From the human T2T-CHM13v2.0 reference genome, Homo sapiens, in assembly GCF_009914755.1 (NCBI RefSeq), contig NC_060931.1: a DNA stretch of 64,000 nt. One strand, written 5' to 3'. Below the pieces are notes generated by a model. The model saw only the letters and a list, made by a program, of their open reading frames with translations, was not told the DNA's origin and did no database searches. Made by a program: the position numbers and the translations under genes. This document shows positions 25,747-41,257 of the stretch, in pieces. The number at the start of each line of letters is the position of its first letter. The first letter of the stretch is position 1.

Positions 25747-27130
25747 TTTTAAGTAAATGTATTTCCATGTAACCATTAAGACTTTTGAACTTGCATAAAA
25801 CCTACCTGAACTCTTTTATTATACTGTCTATCAATACTGTCTATCATTAAGACCATATAAAACTGTTACAAATATTTAAGTATTATCTCTGAGCAGGTGG
25901 TCACGTATGCATACTATCCTTGTTGGTTCTAATTCTTTATTAGTACTTTATTCTTTGATGCATAATAGTACTTTGTTTGTACTTAATAGTACAAAGTACT
26001 TTAATAGTACTTTAAAATACTAATACTAAGTGTTAAAACGTATTTGGTAATTTACTTAATGGTACAAAGTACTTTAATGGTACTTTGTTCTTTGATTAAA
26101 TAGTATTATTAAAGTACTTTATTAATATAATATATAAATATAATAAAGTATTAATAGTACTTTATTTTTTGATGCATAATAGTTCATTGAATGGGTGTAC
26201 CATAGTTTGTTTTACTGATAAAATATTATAGATGTATCTTATAGTTTACATTCTTATATGAATAGTCATTCAGATTGTTTCTAATTTTTGCTACCATAAA
26301 TAATTCTTCAATAAATAATCCTGGATGTGGTTTCTTATACAACAGTACAGGTGTTTCTGTAGAATAAATGCTTAGAATTAGATTTGCTGGGGTGCACATA
26401 TTAATTTTAATCAATGACTATACTGCCAATTGCCCTCCAGAGTAGTTATACTAATTTAATACATAAGCAATATGAAAATACCTCTTCCCCTCATTCTTAC
26501 CAGTAGATATAATTTAAAAATTTTATATTTTGCCAGACTTGCATTAAAAAAGAGTATTTTATTTTCCTTTTTATTTGCATTCTTCTGAATTCTTGTGAAG
26601 CTAAGTAACTTTTTGGATATTCATTTGCCATTTATAATTCTGCAATTGGCTTTCTTATATATTCTTATATATTATATATTCTGCAATTGGCTTTCTTATA
26701 TATAAACAGATATATATATATCTGTTTCTGGAATCTTTATCCTTTTGTGTATTGAGCTGTTTTACTTATCGTATCAATAGCTCACTATTTTAATCACTAT
26801 AGATTTATAATACAACTTCACATTAGGTTGAATGAGTTTATTGTTCTAGCCCAATTTTTTTTTTTTTAAATCTTGGTTATTCTTAAAAATGTACAGTTTC
26901 ATATAATTTTATAATCACCAGGTAAAGGTATGAAAAATCATTTTGACCTTAGGCATGTTGTACACTGAATTTATAGATTAATTTTTGGAGAATTGACATT
27001 TTTTTAAATGGTGGATGTTCCCATCCTTGGACTTGGTATTTATTCATTTATTTAGTTCTTCTTTTTGTCTGTAAAAAATGTTATTTTTTTCACAAGTATT
27101 GTGCATATTTATTTATTCCTAGGTAATTTA

Positions 27131-27895
<765 letters not shown>

Positions 27896-27992
27896 TAGGA
27901 AATAACTTTTTTTCTGATATATATTCTAACTGGTCACTAATTAATGTAATATAGAAAAGATATTAATTTTTACATGTAAATTATACATCTAG

Positions 27993-28233
27993 GCTCTGTT
28001 GCTCTGGCTGGAGTGCAGTGGCGCAATTATAGCTCACTACAGACTCAACCTCTGGGGCTCAAACTGGGACCATATGTGTGTGCCACCATGCCAAGCTAAT
28101 TTTTTTTTTTTTTTGGAAAGATGGGCTCTCCTTATGTTCCCCAGTCTGGTCTCAAGCTCCTGGGCTCAAGCAATCCTCCCATCTTGGCCTTTCAAAGTCT
28201 TGGGATTACAGGTGTGCACCACCATGCCTGGCC
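27993..28233 (-). mobile_element. AluJ, partial
   Basis: Reverse-complement Alu lacking its tail, with an internal deletion. Confidence 0.88.
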
Positions 28234-28329
28234 TAAGTTTTTGATAGATACCTTTTTTCAAGTTAAAGAAGTTTCCTTATGTACTTACTGTGCTAAGACT
28301 ATTTAAGAAGATAAAATATAGGGCATATA

Positions 28330-28900
28330 AGCTTAGAAGTTGCCACTGTGTTCTAACAACAAGTATTAATAAAAATCTGAACAAACTGAAAAATCAGCAA
28401 CTCTTCTTAGATCCATCAGAGAAGTGAGGTCACAGGGCAATCTACCACCCCCCAAATTAGAGAAATAGGCAACTACAAAGAATCACCACAACTTACAGGA
28501 GCAGAAACCCAAGAGCAGAAATCTCCAGACCATCCAATGCCAGGGAAGGAACACCTGAATTACAACTGCTGGTGGTGCAGTGAGGTCAAGTCTGACAGTT
28601 TACGAACCCCAGGGAAAGCCAGTCATAGGGAGATTCCCATGCTTTTCTGAATTTTACTTCCAGGAGCTCTGACAAGTCTTCATAGTGAGTATCAGAGAAA
28701 AATCCCCTCCTGCTTTTGGTAGAGGGAGGGAAAAAGTATTCTGAAATACTTCATTGCATTCTACTCTTCTTAACAAGGTGTGACCTCAGAAGAAACTGTT
28801 TCACAAAAACCTAACCTACTAGGGTTTCATCAGAGCCTAACCTACCTTAGGGAAGAAAAATACCCAGTGACAGCTCTAGTCTAGTCATCCCGTTCAACCT
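28330..28900 (+). mobile_element. Ancient L1M 5'-end fragment
   Basis: aacaaactgaaaaatcagcaactcttcttagatccatcagagaagtgaggtcacagggca, resembling L1MC/L1MD 5' ends. Confidence 0.6.
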
Positions 28901-29010
28901 TTAGTGATCTGGCGGTAAGGTATTGGGGGCGGAAAATGGTTTTACAGTCTGAGTCTTCTGGTGAGCCTGTGCACTTAACCAGCGCTTCTCAGTTTTTCCC
29001 CCAACTAAGG

Positions 29011-29162
29011 TACACCACCACACCCGGCTAATTTTTGTATTTTTAGTAGAGACAGGGTTTCACCATGTTGGCCAGACTGGTCTCGAACTTCTGATCTTGT
29101 GATCTGCCTGCCTCGGCTTACCAAAGTGCTGGGATTACAGGCGTGAGCCACCGCGTCTGGCA
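29011..29162 (-). mobile_element. AluS left-arm fragment
   Basis: Reverse-complement Alu, truncated within the right arm. Confidence 0.9.
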
Positions 29163-29815
29163 CCTCCACACTCTTTAATACTTGGTATTGTCTTTTTTTT
29201 CCCCCTTTTCCATTCTGGTGGATGTAAAATGGTATTTGATTTTGTTAACTCAAACTATTTAGAATATATTTTATTTATAAATTCATGGAATTTAAAAAAG
29301 GAATCAATTTATTTGTTTGAAATTTTATTGCAATAAGGTCCAAAACCATGACTGGTATCATGACTGTTCTCTGAAAATGTTGAGATCTCTTTTGTGGTAT
29401 AGTATATGACCAAATTTTATAATGAATGGTTATTTGATAAGTATTTGTATCTTTATTAGATATGGAGTTCTTCTGTTTCCTATAAATTAAAGATTTTAAT
29501 AAAAATTCAAGCATATGTTTATATTTATATTGTTTTGAATATTGTTGCTCCATCTTCATTTTTCCTAAATGGACTTTTCTAATAGTCTCTTTCAACACTT
29601 GTATTAAATAAATTTGGATCTCCTGGATGGGTCATTTAAGTCTTCCTTTTCTTCCTTTACATCTTTTTCTGTGTGTGTCCTGTATTCTGAGAAAAAAAAT
29701 TTTTTTTTTTGTACAGCTCACTAATTTGCTCTTTTTTTGGTGTCCCATCTGCTATTCTACTCATCTATTGAATGATCCATTTCAAAAATGAAACCTTTAC
29801 GTGATTGCTTGTTGA

Positions 29816-30119
<304 letters not shown>

Positions 30120-30194
30120 TGCTGGTTGATTCTTTTAAAAGAATTGCTGGTGAAAATACTCTCTTGTATCTCTTGGAACATACTGTATTAATTA

Positions 30195-30765
30195 AACTTA
30201 GAATAAAATCAAAAGTCTAATGGCCTAGAATGGCCTACATTAGAATAAAATAAAAAATCTAATGGCCTAGAATGGCCTATATGACAGGGCCCCCTGTGCA
30301 TTCTCTGACCTTTTCCCCTCATTCCCATTCTGCTCCAAACATTTTGGCCTCCCTGCTGTTGTCAACATTTCAAAGCTCTAAGCACATACACTTGTTCCTA
30401 GCCCTGCTGCTGTGGTCTCCCCCTGGATGATAGGAGCTTGCTCTGGCACATTATTCAGGTCTCTGTTTAACAGTCATTTCCTCAGCAGAGAGGGATTCCC
30501 TGGCTACCTTACCCAAAGTGGCACTTCATATCCTCATATGTATTCTCTTTCCCCCACCGCTTACTTACTGTGCTTTATTTTTGTCCAAAATACTTTTTGC
30601 CTACAGATATTTTGTTTTGCTTATTTTTTCATTGCCTGTCTCAATCAGTAAACTGCAATGTCTGTGATGGTAGAGACCTTGCCTGTTTTGTTTACTGCAG
30701 TGTCCCTCAAAATTAAGAGTGTCCGGTACACATTAGAGAGGCTCAAGAAATATGTGTTGAATGAA
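30195..30765 (+). mobile_element. L2 3' fragment
   Basis: L2 3' motifs ending gctcaagaaatatgtgttgaatgaa. Confidence 0.75.
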
Positions 30766-31364
30766 GTGATGATGGTGTTTCTAAAGTCCAGTGCTGCCTA
30801 CTCTATTAACTTTGTTTGTGTGTTCATTCTTCCATATTTGGTGCCTCTGTCTCATGATGCTGGCTTACTTCAATTATTCATGTGTGCATTTTTGTATTTG
30901 GGAGGCCCTGCCAGGCCATCCTAAGAAAGCTCAATTTAATCACTCCAGTCTGCTTATGGAAGAAACTCTTAAAGTCATGCTGGAGTGGACCAGCAGACTG
31001 CCGCTAGCTGCTTTTGGGGAGAGGCAGAATAGGCTGCTGGTTGGCGTGTACCTATAGCTAGTCTCTGGGCTAGATACTCCTCATTGTCCTGACAGTGACC
31101 ATTATTCTAAAGGCCCTAGTCCTTCCTTTCCAATTGAGGCCCCTACATTTGTTACTGCTGCCTAAAGGCAGGTACCACTTTTGCTTGATGCTTTATGCAG
31201 AAGGAAGCATGGGGCGGTTGACCTACTTGTCTGTTCCTACTCTAATAACCACACTATCTTTCTATTCACTGTCCTAAGCCTCCAAGTTGCCATCCTACTT
31301 CAAATATCTTTACTTATGTGCATCGAGCAGTACCATTTTCTTAAAAATAACATTTTTATTTTGA

Positions 31365-32050
<686 letters not shown>

Positions 32051-33324
32051 TGATGGATCCTCCCACCTCAGTCTTCTGAGTAGCTGAGACTGCAGGCATG
32101 TGCCACTGCACCTGGCTCTCCATCAATTTTTATATACATTCTCTTAAAAAAAACTCCTGCTTTATTGAGATGTGATTCATATACATATGCCATACAATTC
32201 ATATACCACTGAATTAATCCATTTAAAGTGTATGATTCAATAATTTTTAGTATATCCACAAAGTTGTGCAATCACCAATACAATTTAATTTTAGAACATT
32301 TTCATCAACTCCAAAAGAAGACCAGTACCCAATGGTGGTTAGTCTTGATTCCACACCATCCAGCCCTAGGCAATTGCTAATTTACCTTCTGTCTCCATAG
32401 ATTTGCCTAATGTTTTCATCCATGTTGTAGCACATATCAGTACTTCATTTTTTTCTTTTTCTTTTCATACACAACATGGATGAACAATTTTTTAAATTGT
32501 CAAATAACATTTAATTGTATTGATATACCACACTTGGGTATCCATTCATCAGTTGATGGATATTTGGGTTGTTTCTACTTTTTGGGTATTATGTATAATG
32601 CTGGATATACTTTTATGGGGAGGCAGTGCTATAATATTTTATCATATAGATTCAAATAACTATTACCACAACTATGATACAGAACTGTTCCATCAACACA
32701 AATAAATTTCTTCATGTTACTCCTTAATAGTCACACATTTCCCCCTACTGTAACCACTGGAAACCACTGATCTGTTCGCCATACCCTTAGTTTGTCACTT
32801 TGAGAATGTTATGCAAATGGAATCTCAAGGGAGTCTTTAACTCCCTTGAGACTGACTTTCTCTGCTCAGAATAATACTCTTGAGATCCATCCAAGTTGTT
32901 GCATATATTTATATTTTGTTTCTATTCATTGCTGAGAAGTATTCCATAGTACGAATATACCACAGTTTATTTATCCATTGAAGGACATTTGGATTGTTTC
33001 CAGTTTGCAACTATTCCAAATAAAGCTGTTATAAACATTCTTTGTAAGTTTTTGTGTAAACATTTGTTTTCATTTCTCTAGGATAAATGCCCAGGAGTGC
33101 ACTTGCTGGGTCTTGTGATTGTTGCATGTTTAGTCTTTTTAAGAAACTGCAAAACTATTTCTCATAGCCTATAATTTTACATTCTTACCAGCAATTTATG
33201 AAGATCCAGTTTCTCTGCATCCTCTCCAGTGTTTGGAACTGTCAGTAATTTTTATTTCAGCTATTCTAATAGGCATGTAGTAGTATCTCATCATGGTTTT
33301 ATTTGATTTCTGTAATGACTAATT

Positions 33325-33792
33325 GTGTTAGTTTTGTATTTCTGCAATAACAAATTACCACAACTTTAGCAGTTTAAAGGAGCACAGATTTATTATTTTA
33401 CAGTTCTGTAGGTCAGAAGTCTGATACAAGTCTCACTGTGATGATATCACAGCATAGGCAAGGCTGTGTTTTTTTCTGGAGTATCTAGGGGAAAATCTTT
33501 CCTTGCCTTTTCTAGCTTCTAGAGGCTCCCAGCATTCCTTGCTTTGTGGCTCCCCTTCGTCCATCTTCAAAGCCAGCAATATCACATCTCTGTGACCCTT
33601 CTTCTGTTTTCACATATGTCTGACTGCAGCCAGGAAAAGTTGTCACCTTTTAAGGACTCATATGATTAGACTGGGATCATCTTAACCTCAATCACATCTC
33701 TAAAGTCTCTTTTGCTAAGTAAGACAACGTATTCACAGGCTCCAGGAACTAAGGGGTGGAAATCTTTTGGAGACCATTATTCTGCCCAGTAT
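33325..33792 (-). mobile_element. MLT1C/D LTR nested in L1
   Basis: aacaaattaccacaactttagcagtttaa...ccattattctgcc. Confidence 0.8.
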
Positions 33793-36721
33793 AATAATGC
33801 TGTTAAATAGCTTTTGATGTATTTATTTGCCACCCACATATCTCCTTTGGTAAAGTGCCTGTCCACATCCTTCTAATTACACAATTACTAATTGGCTTGT
33901 TTGAGTCACTGTTGAGTTTAGAATTTTCTTTACGTATTCTGGATTCGAGGGCTTTATTGGATATATAATTTGCAAATATTTTCTCCCAGTGTTTGGCTTG
34001 TTTTTTCATCCTCTTTGTAGTGTATTTTGCAGACAAACATTTTAAATTTTGACCTACTATAATTCATTATTTCTTTTATGACTCATGCTTTTGATGTCAT
34101 GTCTAACTGGTCACCTAACCCTAGATCACCAAAAGTTTCACCTGTTTTCTTCTAAAAGTTGTATCATTTTACATTTCACATTTAAATCTATGATCTATTT
34201 GTCTAGAATACGACTAATACAGCTAATATTTTCATAGTTTTGCAGTCAGAGCTTTCTGAGCAAAAATTAGTGGCAACTTGGGTTAAAGGATGAGCTTTTT
34301 ATTGCTATAAATCTCCCCTAAGCAGTGCTTTAGCTATATCCCACAGATTTACATGCAGTGGTTAAGAAATAATACAGAGAGATATAGCCCTTATATACTT
34401 TGCCCAGATTCCCCCCAGTGATAATATTCTCCAAAACATAGTATAATTTTACAACCATGATATTGACATTAATAAAACCCATTGATATTATGTAGATTTT
34501 CCTGGTTTTACTTGTACTCATTGCATGTGTACTTGTGTGTGTGTATTAAATATTAAACAATTTTGTCACCTTTGTAGGTTCCTGTATCCACCATCACAGT
34601 CAAGATACCGAACAGTTCCAATACCACAGAGAACCCTTCTGTTGCCCTTTTATAACCAACCCACCATCCTCTCATCTCCCCTTTCCCTAACCTCTTTCTC
34701 TTTGACATGTAAATTATTTAGACATAGGGTGCTTGATTTTCAAGTGTTTGGAGACTTTTCTGATATCTTTCTATTGTGGTATTCTAGTTTGATTCCATTA
34801 TGATCAGAGAATATACTTTTTATGATCTCAATTATTTTGAATTTGTTAAGGTTTATTTTATAATCTAAGACCTGGAATCTTGTGAATATCTCATGCATAC
34901 TTAAAAAGAATGTGTATTCAGCTGTTGTTGGGTGAAGTGTTCTTATGAATATCAATTAGATTTTATTAATTGATATTGTTCAATTCTTTTAAGTCCTTGC
35001 TGACATTTTGTCTAGTGTTTCTACCAATTTTTAGCAAAGGGTTGTTGAAGTCCTCAATTATAATTGTAGATTTGTTTATTTATCCTTTCATTCCTGTGAG
35101 TTTTTGCTTCATGTATTTTGAAGCCCAGTGTGCGTTGGTACATATACATTTAAGATTGTTATATTCTGTTCATGAGTTGACCCTTTTATCGTTATGTAAT
35201 GCCTTGTTTTGTCCCTGGTAATTTTCTTTGTTCTGAAGTCCACTTCATCTAGTATTAACATAGCCTCTTCAACTTTCTTTTGATTAGTTGTTTGCATGGT
35301 ATAATTTTTCTATTCCTTTCACCTCTAACATACCTCTATTGCTATGCTTAAAGTGAGTTTTGTAGACAGCATATAGTTGGTCATTTTTTAAAAATCCTTT
35401 TATCAATTGTTGTCTTTTAATTGGTGTTTTTGGACCATTTAGATTTAAGGTAATGATTAATATTTTATAATTTATGGATGCCATTTTTTAACTTATTTTG
35501 TTTGCTTCTTCTTTTTTTTATTTCTCTGTTTCTCCTTTCCAGTCTTCTTGTGGACTACTTGAGCACTACTTTAGTTTTCTGATTTATCTACAATATAACT
35601 CTTGAGTGTGTTGCTTCACAGTTTTTTTTTAAGCCATTGTTCTAGGGGTTACAATTAATAGTCTACTACTATCAAGATTTTCCTACTTCCTGTGGAATAT
35701 GGATGCATCACCACAATTTAGGTCATTTTACTCTCTCCCTTTATAGTTGTCTGAAAATATTCTACATTCATTGAGAACCAAAGCAGACATTATCATAAGT
35801 TTTGCTTTTAACTATTAAACACATTTTTTAAATCACAAGGAAAAAATTATTTATTAAACTTATATTTATTCTTTACATCTTTCTTCATATCTGATGTTCT
35901 TAGTTGCAACAGAACTAAGTTCTTAGTTCTGTTATCATTTTCTTTCTGTACAAACTATTTCTTCTAGCTATTCTTTTATTCTGCCGGTGATAAATACCCT
36001 TAGTTGTTGTTTTGTTGTTTTAAGTCTTCAAATGCATTGATTCTTCTTATTCTTGAAGGATATTTTCACTGGATATAGAATTCTGGGTTGACGATTCTTT
36101 TCTTTCATCACTTAAAAATGTTGTACCACTTCCTTTGGCCCTGTGATTTCTGATGGGTAATCTGCTATTATTTGAATCATTGTTGCCCTGTAGGTATTGT
36201 CATTTTCTTCTAACTGCTTTCAAGATTTTTTCTTTTGTCTTAAGTTTTCACAGTTTTGACAGTGATGTATTTGGGTGTTGATCTCTTTGGGTTTACTGTG
36301 TTTGGGGTTTTCTCAGCTTCTGGAATATGTAAGTTTGTGACTTTCATCACATTTAGGAAGTTTTTAGCCATTATTTCTTTAGGTATTTTTCAGTCTTGCA
36401 TTCTTTTTTCCCTTCTTCTAGAACTTTGATGACAGAAATGTTAGATGAATTGTTATTATCTCATTGGTGTATAGGGTTCAATTCATTTTCTTCCTGTTTT
36501 TTAAATTGAACACTTCCTGTTTATTTGTCTTAAAGTTCACTGATTCTTTTTTTTTTCCACTGGGCAGCTCCAAAACCAGGATATATTCAGAGGGGCTCCC
36601 AGGTTCACTGATTCTTTCCTGGCCATCTCTAGTCTGCTATTGTGCCCACCTAGTAAATGTTTTTAAATTTAGGTTATTGTATTTTTCAGTTATAAAATTT
36701 ACATTTTATTCTTCTTTATAT

Positions 36722-37039
<318 letters not shown>

Positions 37040-37992
37040 TGATGATATTTTTTAATTTTTCTTTTGTTCCAAAAGTTTTCATAATTGCTTGTTAAAACAC
37101 TTTTTGACAGCTTCTTGAAAACCACATTCAGACAATTACAATATCTGTGTCATCTTGGCATTAGCGTCTATTGATCATCTTTTCTCATTTGAATTTAGAT
37201 TTTCTTAGTTCTTGGTATGACCAGTAATTTGGAATGTATCCTGGACATTTTGAATGTTGTTTTAAGACTCTGGTTCCTATTAAATATTCTACTTTAGCAA
37301 ACTGTCGAGGTTCAAAATGCATATCCTGACACTCTTTTTGTGAGTTGCAGTGCAAATATTAGCCTAATTTAGTAAGACTTTACCATGCTACACTTCTGAT
37401 CTCCTCCATTTCTGTGTTACCCAGATGACAGCACTGCATCCCACAGTCTTTTAGCACTAGCTGGATAGTTGGAGGGGTGCCACTCTTTACTACCTGGAAG
37501 ACTTTAGAAGACAAGATTTTACCTACTGATTCAGCTGGTGATGGTTACCTCCACATTACTGAAGTGGGGATTATAAGTTAGAGCTCTACACATAGACTCT
37601 GTGGGCAAGCAGCATCTTCCTTTCACCTCCAGGAAAAGGCTTGAAGTCATAGTTATTCCCAAAGATTATGCAGGGAGGAGTCATGCCCATTCCTTCAAAG
37701 GACATGTAGAAGTCAGAGTTCTGCCCACAGACCCTGGAGGAAGGAGCACCTTCTTGTTACTGTGAAGAGCAGGGCAGAATACGATGCTCTGCCCACTGGT
37801 TCTGCCACTGCAGTGCCATTGTGGTGGGGGAGACATATGGTGTTTGCTTGGTATTCAACCAAAGAACAGGCAGATATGATTAAAGGGTTTTTGTCTTTGG
37901 GCTGCCTCTTTCCTCATCCTCTGGCTAGAGAAAGCTGACTTTTCTTGGGGGCTATTTTCTGTCGGTGACTACTGGTGTTTCTAGATTGTGGC

Positions 37993-40261
37993 TGATATGG
38001 TTTAGCTGTGTCCCACCCAAATCTCATTTTGAATTGTAGTTCTCATAATCCCCACATGTTGTGGGAGGGACCCAGTGGCAGGTAATTGAATCATGGGGGC
38101 GATTACCCTTATGTTGTTCTCGTGATGGTGAGTTCTCGTGAGATCTGATGGTTTTATAAGGGGCTTTTCCCTCTTTTGCTTGGTACTCTTCTCTCCTGAT
38201 ACCTTGTGAAGAAGGATGTATTTGTCCACCATGATTGTAAGTTTCCTGAGGCCTCCCCCAGCCATGTGGAATTGTAGGTCAATTGAACCTCTTTCCTTTA
38301 TAAATTACCCAGCCTTGGGTATTTCTTCACAGTAGCATGAGAATGGACTAGTACAGTAAATTGGTACCACAGAGAGTGGGATGCTGCTGTAAAGATACCT
38401 CAAAATGTGAAAGCAACTTTGGAACTGGGTAACAGGAAGAGGTTGGAACAGTTTGGAGGGCTCAGAAGAAGACAGGAAAATATGGGAAAGTTTGGAACTT
38501 CCTAGCAACTTGGAGGGCTCAGAAGACAGGAAAATATGGGAAAGTTTGGAACTTCTTAGACACTTAGTGAATGGCTTTGACCAAAATGCTGATAGTGATA
38601 TGGACAATGAAGTCCAGGCTGAGGTGGCCTCAGGTGGAGATGAGGAACTTGGGAACTGAAATAAAGGTGATTCTTGCTATGCAAAGAGACTGGCAGCATT
38701 TTGCCCTTGCCCTAGAGATCTGTGGAGCTTTGAAATTGACAGAGATGATTTAGGGTATCTGGTGGAAGAAATTTCTAAGTGGCAAAGCATTCAAGAGGAA
38801 GCAGATCATAAAAGTTTGGAAAATTTGCAGCTTTACAATACAGTAGAAAAGAAAAACCCATTTTCTGGGGAGAAATTCAAGCCAGCTGCAGAAAGTTGCA
38901 CAAGTAATGAGGAGCCAAATGTTAATCACCAAGACAATGGGGAAAATGTCTCCAGGGTATGTCAGAGACCTTCAAAGTAGCCCCTCTCATCACAGGCCCA
39001 GAGGCCTAGGAGGGAAAAATGGTTTCCTGGGCTGTGTCCAGGGCCCCCGTGCTCTGTGCAGCCTAGAGACATGGTGCCCTGCATCCCAGCTGCTGAAGCT
39101 CCAGCCATGGCTAATAGGGGCCAATGTGCAGCTCAGGCCATTGCTTCAGAGGGTGCAAGCCCCAAGCCTTGGCAGCTTACGTGTGGAGGATGTCCAGGCA
39201 GAGGTGTGCTGCAGGGGCAAAGTCCTCATGGAGAACATCTGCTAGGGCAGTGCAAAAGGGAAATGTGGGGGGTGGAGACCCCTCACAGAGTCCCCACTGG
39301 GGCACTGCCTAGTGGATCTGTGAGAAGAAGGCCACTATCCTCCAGACTCCACAATGATAGATCTGCTGACAGCTTGCACTGTGTGCCTGGAAAAGCCACA
39401 GACACTCAATGCCAGCCCATGAAAACAGCCAGGATGGAAGTTGTACCCTGCAAAGCCACAGAGGTGAAGCTGCCTAAGGCTGTGGGGGCCCACCTCTTGC
39501 ATCAGCATGCCCTGGATGTAAACATGGAGTCAAAGGAGATCATTTTGGAACGTTAAGATTTAACGACTGCCCTATTGGATTTCGGACTTGCATGGGACCT
39601 GTAGCCCCTTTGTTTTGGCCAATTTCTCCCATTTGGAATGAGTGTATTTACCCAATGCCTATACCCCCATTGTATCTAGGAAGTAACTAACTTGCTTTTG
39701 ATTTAACAGGCTCATAGGCAGAAGAGACTTGCCTTGTTTCAGATGAGACTTTGGATTGCAGACTTTTGAGGTAATGCTGGAATGATTTAAGACTTTGGGG
39801 ACTGTTGGAAGGGCATGATTGTGTTTTGAAATGTGAGTACATGAGATTTGGGAGGGACCAGGGTGGAATGATATGGTTTGGTTGTGTCCCCACTCAAATT
39901 TCATCTTGAATTGTAGTTCTCATAAACCCCACGTGTCATGGAAGGAAGCTGGTGGGAGGTAATTGAATCATGGGGGTGATCCTCATGCTGTTCTTGTAAT
40001 AGTGAGTGAGTTCTCACAAGATTTGATGTTAAAACCATCAACTAAGTGGGGCTTAAAAGGGGCTTTTCCCCTTTTTGCTTGGCACTTCTCTCTCCTGCTG
40101 CCATGTGAAGAGGGACATGTTTCCTTCTCCTTCTGCCATGATTATAAGTTTCCTGAGGCCTCCCGTGCCATGTGGAACTGTTAGTCAATTGACCCTCTTT
40201 CCTTTATAAATTACCCAGTCTTGGGTATTTCTTCATAGCAGCATGAGAATGGACTAATATA
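37993..40261 (+). mobile_element. Complete THE1 (THE1D-like) MaLR provirus: LTR 37993-38355, internal 38356-39868, LTR 39869-40261
   Basis: Both LTRs begin tgatatggttt. The internal region begins gtaaattggtacc. 5-bp TSD gtggc at 37988-37992 and 40262-40266. Confidence 0.96.
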
Positions 40262-41169
40262 GTGGCCTTCTCTAGCACCCAGGCCAAGGTATTTATGAGG
40301 CAACAAAATACTCAGGAAGCTCACTTCCAGGTTGTTTCTCAAGTTCTGAGGTTTCCAGCCATTTTATCTTGTTTGTTCCTCCTTTCAAAGTCTTCTCTGT
40401 GATATAAATATATATATTTTTGGTCCAGGATTCTTTCCTGTGATTAGTGGGAGGAATAAAATGGAATGTGTTTACTCCATCTTATCTGGAACCAGAAATC
40501 TCCAGAGCAGCCCCCTTTGTAATAGCTTTTTCCTATTTATGCTCTTTTATTTAAAAAAGTTCTTTTTTTTTCTAAGACATCTTGTTATAGCACCTATTTA
40601 TATTTTAGCAGGATTTCCCCCCCTCATATTTACTTCCTTTAAAAAAAAAATTACCTCTGTGACAGTAAATTTTCAAATGGCTTATCTTTCTGTTATTTCT
40701 AGTTATTTAGTATTAAAACAAGAGACTTCTACATGGGCCTAGTCTGTCATCTAGAACGAGAAGATAATGAATGTTTTTCCTGTGACCTTATTTACACGTA
40801 AAAGGCTTACATAACATGGAACTCATTTAACAAATCACGCTTACTGATAATTATGAAATTATATGCAAAAAATACTAATTTTAGCAAAAATGTATGCATC
40901 AAGTAGTATTAGCATTTGAATAACTAAAACTGGGATTATTCTGGTTTTGCATATATAAAGACATACCACAAACACAAATTGAGCTATTGGATTGAGCTGC
41001 TTGTGAGAAATTAGACAGCTATTGATTTGGGAACTATTATAATGGTTGACTCCATAGCAATAGTTGAGATTATACAAAAGGTGAATGAGAAAGAGAAAGG
41101 AAAAAAATTTAGGTGAGAATCCTAAGGGAAACCCAGAGAAAAGAGAAATAAGGGAAGTCTCAGGGAGAC

Positions 41170-41205
41170 TTTCTTTTTTTCTTTTTCTTAAGAGACAAGT
41201 TCTTG

Positions 41206-41257
<52 letters not shown>

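Noticed and set aside
31209-31220. catggggcggttg resembling the PON2 start (possible paralog relic)
   Set aside because: The similarity is limited to about 11 nt and does not continue in translation, so it is chance.
34740-35484. Endonuclease-like peptides on the minus strand
   Set aside because: Frameshifted relics of L1 ORF2, not a domesticated gene.
38453-38560. About 55-bp tandem duplication inside THE1-int (ttggagggctcagaag...ggaacttc twice)
   Set aside because: I recall this duplication in other THE1 internal copies, so it is probably inherited from the subfamily rather than locus-specific. A Dfam comparison would confirm.
38305-39556. ORFs of up to 166 aa in the THE1 internal region
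   Set aside because: Fragmented non-autonomous MaLR internal sequence with no intact retroviral gene.
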